DNA of 64,000 nucleotides from Escherichia coli (GTDB lineage Bacteria; Pseudomonadota; Gammaproteobacteria; Enterobacterales; Enterobacteriaceae): NCBI RefSeq assembly GCF_024700885.2, contig NZ_CP117016.1; one strand, 5' to 3'. Shown piece by piece: positions 58,861 to 64,000 of this stretch (position 1 is its first letter; each line of letters starts with the position of its first letter). The notes under the pieces were generated by a model. It saw only the letters and a program-made list of their open reading frames with translations, ran no database searches and was not told where the DNA came from. The position numbers and the translations under genes were made by a program.

Positions 58861-59735
58861 CCAAGACGTTACTGGACGGCCCCGGTCGCGTGCTGGAGTC
58901 GGTTCATCCGCGCTTTTTAGTGGATCTGGCGCAGGGCGATGATGCCCGCCATCCACAAGCCCATCAGCAGCAGTTTCGTGAACGACTGATGCAGGAACTT
59001 CTTGCGCGTGTGCAGCTTCAGGCATGGACGAACGGCGGGATGTTAAATGCGCCGCTTAGCCTGCGTCTGACATTGGTGGAAAAACTGGCGTCGATGCTGG
59101 ATCCCGGTCATCTGGCGCTGACGCAGATCGCGCAGCATCTGGCGCTGCTGCAAAAAATGGATCACCGCCAGCACTCTGCTTTCCCGGAGCTCCCCCAGCA
59201 AATTGCCGCCTTGTATGAGTGGTTTTCAGCCCGTTGTCGCTGGAAGGAAAAGGCGTTAACGCAACGAGGCCTACTGGTGCAGGCGGGTGATCAGAGCGAG
59301 CAAATTTTTACCCGCTGGCGTGCTGGGGCGTATAACGCCTGGTCGTTGCCTGGGCGCTGCTTTATCGTTCTGGAGGAGTTGCGCTGGGGTGCATTTGGCG
59401 ATGCCTGCCGTCTGGGAAGCCCGCAAGCGGTGGCGTTGTTGCTGGGTGATTTGCGCGTGAAAGCGACACAACATTTGGCAGAGAGTATCAATGCGGCACC
59501 GACCACGCGTCACTATTACCATCAGTGGTTTGCCTCTTCGACCATTCCGACGGGCGGGGATCATGCTGATTTTTTAAGTTGGCTGGGAAAGTGGTCCACG
59601 GCAGATAAACAACCCGTTTGCTGGTCAGTGACCCAACGCTGGCGAACTGTCGCACTGGGGATGCCACGACTCTGTTCAGCGCAGCGTCTGGCGGGGGCAA
59701 TGGTCGAGGAAATCTTCTCTGTAAATTTGGTGTAA
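58857..59735 (+). CDS. yjcZ: Uncharacterized protein YjcZ, partner of CrfC
   Basis: 292-aa ORF starting at TTG overlapping the crfC stop by 4 nt (translational coupling). Confidence 0.8.
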   Translation: MTKTLLDGPGRVLESVHPRFLVDLAQGDDARHPQAHQQQFRERLMQELLARVQLQAWTNGGMLNAPLSLRLTLVEKLASMLDPGHLALTQIAQHLALLQKMDHRQHSAFPELPQQIAALYEWFSARCRWKEKALTQRGLLVQAGDQSEQIFTRWRAGAYNAWSLPGRCFIVLEELRWGAFGDACRLGSPQAVALLLGDLRVKATQHLAESINAAPTTRHYYHQWFASSTIPTGGDHADFLSWLGKWSTADKQPVCWSVTQRWRTVALGMPRLCSAQRLAGAMVEEIFSVNLV

Positions 59736-59998
59736 ATAATCAGTTACACCAATGAGTCCTAAACGAAATACATGTGTGAAGTTGATCACAAATTTAAACA
59801 CTGGTAGGGTAAAAAGGTCATTAACTGCCCAATTCAGGCGTCAACTGGTTTGATTGTACATTCCTTAACCGGAGGGTGTAAGCAAACCCGCTACGCTTGT
59901 TACAGAGATTGCATCCTGCAATTCCCGCTCCCCTTTTGCGGCCGTCGCGCTGATTTTTCTGGCGTTTGCGGAAATGGGCCAACTCTGCGAGGAAAGCT

Positions 59999-61501
59999 AT
60001 GCTGAAAAGGAAAAAAGTAAAACCAATTACCCTTCGTGATGTCACTATTATTGATGACGGTAAACTGCGTAAAGCCATTACCGCAGCATCATTGGGTAAT
60101 GCAATGGAATGGTTCGATTTTGGTGTTTATGGTTTTGTTGCTTACGCATTAGGTAAAGTTTTTTTCCCGGGGGCTGACCCCAGCGTGCAGATGGTTGCTG
60201 CACTTGCCACTTTCTCCGTTCCCTTTCTGATTCGACCGCTTGGTGGACTCTTCTTTGGTATGTTGGGCGATAAATATGGTCGCCAGAAGATCCTCGCTAT
60301 CACTATTGTGATTATGTCGATCAGTACCTTCTGTATTGGCTTAATACCGTCCTACGACACGATTGGTATTTGGGCACCGATTCTGCTGTTGATCTGTAAG
60401 ATGGCACAAGGTTTCTCGGTCGGCGGTGAATATACCGGGGCGTCGATATTTGTTGCGGAATACTCCCCTGACCGTAAACGTGGATTTATGGGCAGCTGGC
60501 TGGACTTCGGTTCTATTGCCGGGTTTGTGCTGGGTGCGGGCGTGGTGGTGTTAATTTCGACCATTGTCGGCGAAGCGAACTTCCTCGACTGGGGCTGGCG
60601 TATTCCGTTCTTTATTGCTCTGCCGTTAGGGATTATCGGGCTTTACCTGCGCCATGCGCTGGAAGAGACCCCGGCGTTCCAGCAGCATGTTGATAAACTG
60701 GAACAGGGCGACCGCGAAGGTTTGCAGGATGGCCCGAAAGTCTCGTTTAAAGAGATTGCCACCAAACACTGGCGCAGCCTGTTGACGTGTATTGGTCTGG
60801 TAATTGCCACCAACGTGACTTACTACATGTTGCTGACCTATATGCCGAGTTATTTGTCGCATAACCTGCATTACTCCGAAGACCACGGGGTGCTGATTAT
60901 TATCGCCATTATGATCGGTATGCTGTTTGTCCAGCCGGTGATGGGCTTGCTGAGTGACCGTTTTGGCCGTCGTCCGTTTGTGCTACTTGGTAGTGTTGCC
61001 CTGTTTGTGTTGGCGATCCCGGCGTTTATTCTGATTAACAGTAACGTCATCGGCCTGATTTTTGCCGGGTTACTGATGCTGGCGGTGATCCTTAACTGCT
61101 TTACGGGCGTTATGGCTTCAACCTTGCCAGCGATGTTCCCGACGCATATCCGTTACAGCGCGCTGGCGGCGGCATTTAATATTTCGGTGCTGGTTGCCGG
61201 TCTGACGCCAACGCTGGCGGCCTGGCTGGTCGAAAGCTCGCAGAATCTGATGATGCCAGCCTATTACCTGATGGTAGTGGCGGTGGTTGGTTTAATCACC
61301 GGCGTAACCATGAAAGAGACGGCGAATCGTCCGTTGAAAGGTGCGACACCGGCGGCGTCAGATATACAGGAAGCGAAGGAAATTCTCGTCGAGCATTACG
61401 ATAATATCGAGCAGAAAATCGATGATATTGACCACGAGATTGCCGATTTGCAGGCGAAACGTACCCGCCTGGTGCAGCAACATCCGCGAATTGATGAATA
61501 A
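59999..61501 (+). CDS. proP: Proline/glycine betaine:H+ symporter (MFS osmosensor)
   Basis: ORF track 59966..61501; trimmed to MLKRKKVKPITLRDVTIIDDGKLRKA giving 500 aa; C-terminal coiled-coil tail. Confidence 0.95.
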   Translation: MLKRKKVKPITLRDVTIIDDGKLRKAITAASLGNAMEWFDFGVYGFVAYALGKVFFPGADPSVQMVAALATFSVPFLIRPLGGLFFGMLGDKYGRQKILAITIVIMSISTFCIGLIPSYDTIGIWAPILLLICKMAQGFSVGGEYTGASIFVAEYSPDRKRGFMGSWLDFGSIAGFVLGAGVVVLISTIVGEANFLDWGWRIPFFIALPLGIIGLYLRHALEETPAFQQHVDKLEQGDREGLQDGPKVSFKEIATKHWRSLLTCIGLVIATNVTYYMLLTYMPSYLSHNLHYSEDHGVLIIIAIMIGMLFVQPVMGLLSDRFGRRPFVLLGSVALFVLAIPAFILINSNVIGLIFAGLLMLAVILNCFTGVMASTLPAMFPTHIRYSALAAAFNISVLVAGLTPTLAAWLVESSQNLMMPAYYLMVVAVVGLITGVTMKETANRPLKGATPAASDIQEAKEILVEHYDNIEQKIDDIDHEIADLQAKRTRLVQQHPRIDE

Positions 61502-61514
61502 GCTGAAACGGATG

Positions 61515-61541
61515 GCCTGATGTGACGCTGTCTTATCAGGC
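61515..61541. repeat. REP-like palindrome downstream of proP
   Basis: gcctgatgtgacgctgtcttatcaggc. Confidence 0.5.
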
Positions 61542-61551
61542 TAATTGAACT

Positions 61552-61568
61552 CTTAAGGTTCACTTAAT
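61552..61568 (+). promoter_or_regulatory. Candidate BasR (PmrA) box: direct repeat CTTAAG-N5-CTTAAT upstream of pmrR
   Basis: Read directly about 45 bp upstream of the pmrR ATG; matches the YTTAAK-N5-YTTAAK PmrA consensus. Confidence 0.5.
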
Positions 61569-61612
61569 CTCTGACGCGCATACTCTCCTCCAGGTTAACG
61601 GAGGAGAGTGCA

Positions 61613-61702
61613 ATGAAAAACCGTGTTTATGAAAGTTTAACTACCGTGTTCAGCGTGCTGGTGGTCAGCAGCTTTCTTTATATCTGGTTTGCCACGTACT
61701 GA
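61613..61702 (+). CDS. pmrR: 29-aa membrane peptide PmrR (YjdO)
   Basis: ATG..TGA ORF MKNRVYESLTTVFSVLVVSSFLYIWFATY with GGAGGAG Shine-Dalgarno about 7 nt upstream; 3' end overlaps the basS 3' end on the opposite strand. Confidence 0.75.
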   Translation: MKNRVYESLTTVFSVLVVSSFLYIWFATY

Positions 61703-62769
61703 TCTTTCTTCAGCCGTACCCAGGCCCGCGTGCCGGAAGTCTCTTGCCGGTTTTGCAGGAAAAACTGCCCGTGATGCAACTGTGTAATGCGGCTGACAAT
61801 ACTTAACCCCAGACCAATCCCGCCATAACGGCTGTCCATACGTACAAACGCTTTACTCAACTCCCCGCATTTACTCTCATCAATACCCGGTCCTTCATCT
61901 TCAACGGCCATGACCGCTCCGCCATTTTCTTGCAGCTTAATCATAATGTTGCTGCCTTGCGGGCTGTAACGATGGGCATTTTCTACCAGGTTTCGCAATA
62001 ACATCCGCAGCAGGGTTGCATCACCCTGAACGATGATGTCGGCGGCGCTCTCTGGCAATAGCAGGGTTTGCTGGCGCTGGTCGAGCATGGTACTGAGTTC
62101 GTCATACGAGGGTAGAATGACATCTTCCAGCAGTTTTACATGTTGATAATTACCGGAAGAAAATGACTGTCCGGCACGCGCCAGTTGCAGCAGCTGGGAG
62201 ACGCTCTCCATCATCTGATCAAGCCGTGCCACTAACGGTGCTACATCAATGTGATGCGTTTTCGCCAGCAGTTCCAGATGCAAACGCACACCCGCCAGTG
62301 GCGTTCGCAGTTCGTGCGCGACGTCAGCGGTAAACAACCTTTCGTTATCCAGCGTGCTGGTCAGGCGACTGACCAGATCGTTTAACGCCGAAACCACCGC
62401 TTCGATTTCGAGGGTGGCACTGTGAATGGCAATAGGCGTTAAATTGTCGGCGGTGCGCGCTTCCAGCTCTTTTTGCAGCTCCGCCAGCGGCCGGGTGATG
62501 CGGCGTACCGCCTGATAGCAGATAAATAGCGTCAGGCTGACCATAAAGACGCCGGGGACAATCAGGCTGGCGACCGCCTCGCGGATCTCACGCATGATGT
62601 GGCGATCGTTGTTGCGATTGTCGCGTAGTGCCTGCTCAAACAGCTGAATCTGCTCGGTACTTTCATGCCATAGCCAGAAGACGCTGATCAGCTCAAACAC
62701 CAACAAAATGGCCCCGATGGTCAATATCAGCCGTTGGCGCAGCGATATTGGTCGGCGCAGAAAACGCAT
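61678..62769 (-). CDS. basS: Sensor histidine kinase BasS (PmrB)
   Basis: ORF track 61678..62778; start at MRFLRRPISLRQRL giving 363 aa; H-box ADVAHELRTP. The upstream Met at 62778 is an alternative. Confidence 0.92.
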   Translation of the reverse strand: MRFLRRPISLRQRLILTIGAILLVFELISVFWLWHESTEQIQLFEQALRDNRNNDRHIMREIREAVASLIVPGVFMVSLTLFICYQAVRRITRPLAELQKELEARTADNLTPIAIHSATLEIEAVVSALNDLVSRLTSTLDNERLFTADVAHELRTPLAGVRLHLELLAKTHHIDVAPLVARLDQMMESVSQLLQLARAGQSFSSGNYQHVKLLEDVILPSYDELSTMLDQRQQTLLLPESAADIIVQGDATLLRMLLRNLVENAHRYSPQGSNIMIKLQENGGAVMAVEDEGPGIDESKCGELSKAFVRMDSRYGGIGLGLSIVSRITQLHHGQFFLQNRQETSGTRAWVRLKKDQYVANQI

Positions 62770-62778
62770 CAAATTCAA

Positions 62779-63447
62779 TTAGTTTTCCTCATTCGCGACC
62801 AGCATATAGCCAAATCCGCGCACGGTGCGGATACGGGCTTTGCCCACTTTGTCGCGCAGATTGTGGATATGCACTTCCAGGGTGTTAGTCGAGGGTTCAT
62901 TGTCCCAGTTATAGATGTCGTTGTAGAGAATTTCCCGATGCACCGGACTGCCTGCTTTGAGCATTAACCGTGACAGCAGAGCATATTCTTTGGGCGTCAG
63001 AATCAACTCTTCACCGCCCATCCAGACCTGACGGCGACCCATATTCAGCGTCAGATTGCCAACAATCAGCTCACTTTCACCCTGATTATTATGGCGTCGT
63101 AGCAGGGCGCGGATACGGGCGTGTAACTCTTCCAGCGCAAAAGGCTTCACCAGATAGTCATCGGCACCGACATCCAGCCCGGCGATTTTGTCGGTCAGCG
63201 TATCGCGAGCGGTGAGGATCAGTACCGGCAGGGTATATTTTTTCTGCCGGATACGGGCGAGAAAATGCAGTCCATCTTCGTCGGGTAACCCTAAATCCAG
63301 TACCACCAGGCTGTAATGACCGGCCTCAAGGCTTTGTTCCGCCATCCGCGCGGTTGTCACGCCATCGCACGCGTAGCCTTCGGTCTGCGCCGCCAGAATC
63401 AATCCCTGCAATAACAGCGTATCGTCTTCAACAATCAGAATTTTCAT
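62779..63447 (-). CDS. basR: Response regulator BasR (PmrA)
   Basis: 222-aa [22 protein letters not shown] with receiver Asp and winged-helix C-terminus. Confidence 0.95.
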   Translation of the reverse strand: MKILIVEDDTLLLQGLILAAQTEGYACDGVTTARMAEQSLEAGHYSLVVLDLGLPDEDGLHFLARIRQKKYTLPVLILTARDTLTDKIAGLDVGADDYLVKPFALEELHARIRALLRRHNNQGESELIVGNLTLNMGRRQVWMGGEELILTPKEYALLSRLMLKAGSPVHREILYNDIYNWDNEPSTNTLEVHIHNLRDKVGKARIRTVRGFGYMLVANEEN

Positions 63448-64000
63448 TCACTCACTCTCCTGCAAGTTTGCAGAATATCATCCGCAGCCTGGTAATACTT
63501 CGTCTCAACGCCAGTTAATCCCAATAGCGTGGAGAATAAATTGTCTTGTGAATAGTGTTGCGTTTGCGCCTGTTTTTGCAGGCAGTTCTGGTCAACCTGA
63601 TACCGTTTTTGATAATCCTCCGACAGCCACAGCAGCATCGGCACCTGTTTTTGGCTATCCGGGGCGATGGCATAAGGCAGACCGTGCAGATAGATGCCAT
63701 TTTCACCTAACGATTCACCGTGGTCAGAAAGATAAACCAGGCTGGTGGTAAATTTATCCTGATGTTCTTTCAGCAGATTAATCGCTTTATCAACAATATA
63801 GTCGACGTAAACCAGCGTGTTGTCGTAAGTGTTCACCAGTTGCTCTTTGGTACAGGTCTGGATCTCATTGGTGTCGCAGGTTGGGGTAAATTTCCTGAAC
63901 TGCGGCGGATAGCGGTTGTAATAGGTCGGACCGTGGCTGCCGATGGTGTGTAAGACAATCACGCCATCACCCTGCAGGTTATTGATGTACTCTTCCAGCC
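63444..64000 (-). CDS. eptA: Phosphoethanolamine transferase EptA (PmrC), 3' portion only; 5' end beyond window
   Basis: C-terminal sulfatase-like domain ([20 protein letters not shown]) in an ORF running off the window edge; 4-nt overlap with basR start. Confidence 0.88.
   Translation of the reverse strand, partial: LEEYINNLQGDGVIVLHTIGSHGPTYYNRYPPQFRKFTPTCDTNEIQTCTKEQLVNTYDNTLVYVDYIVDKAINLLKEHQDKFTTSLVYLSDHGESLGENGIYLHGLPYAIAPDSQKQVPMLLWLSEDYQKRYQVDQNCLQKQAQTQHYSQDNLFSTLLGLTGVETKYYQAADDILQTCRRVSE

Noticed and set aside
59736-59998. 85-aa minus-strand ORF (59821-60078) in the proP promoter region
   Set aside because: It overlaps the proP 5' end and promoter on the opposite strand and has no ribosome-binding site or recognisable features.

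Overview
This 64-kb window reads as core Escherichia coli-type chromosome, gene-for-gene syntenic with the K-12 min 92-93 region. Order: pspG, qorA, dnaB, alr, tyrB, [yjbS locus], aphA, yjbQ, yjbR, uvrA, ssb, yjcB, pdeC, soxS, soxR, ghxP, yjcE, yjcF, actP, yjcH, acs, nrfABCDEFG, gltP, yjcO, fdhF, mdtP-mdtO-mdtN, ytcA, yjcS, yjdP, phnP through phnC (14 genes), phnB, phnA, crfC(yjdA), yjcZ, proP, pmrR, basS, basR and the 3' part of eptA. Gene identities come from recognising the translated ORFs; starts were refined by matching remembered N-termini and lengths, because the ORF track counts ATG/GTG/TTG and often over-extends. No similarity search was run. I found no rRNA, tRNA, CRISPR array, IS element, integrase or prophage. 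I do not see convincing evidence of a novel multi-gene system (for example a defence island). The places that differ from what I expect for K-12, or are poorly understood, are: (1) an AT-rich insert at the tyrB-aphA (yjbS) locus with a 173-aa orphan ORF containing an in-frame 18-bp tandem repeat; (2) the AT-rich pentapeptide-repeat gene yjcF; (3) absence of the alsK-alsB/rpiR/rpiB island between yjcS and yjdP, leaving about 640 bp with one unrecognised 105-aa ORF; (4) an apparently intact phnE; (5) a possible 23-codon C-terminal extension of nrfG. Regulatory and recoding signals readable in the sequence include the fdhF UGA selenocysteine codon, sigma54-type promoters, the SoxR palindrome, a LexA box, FNR and NarL/NarP sites at nrfA, a Pho box at phnC, a BasR box at pmrR, and many REP palindromes.
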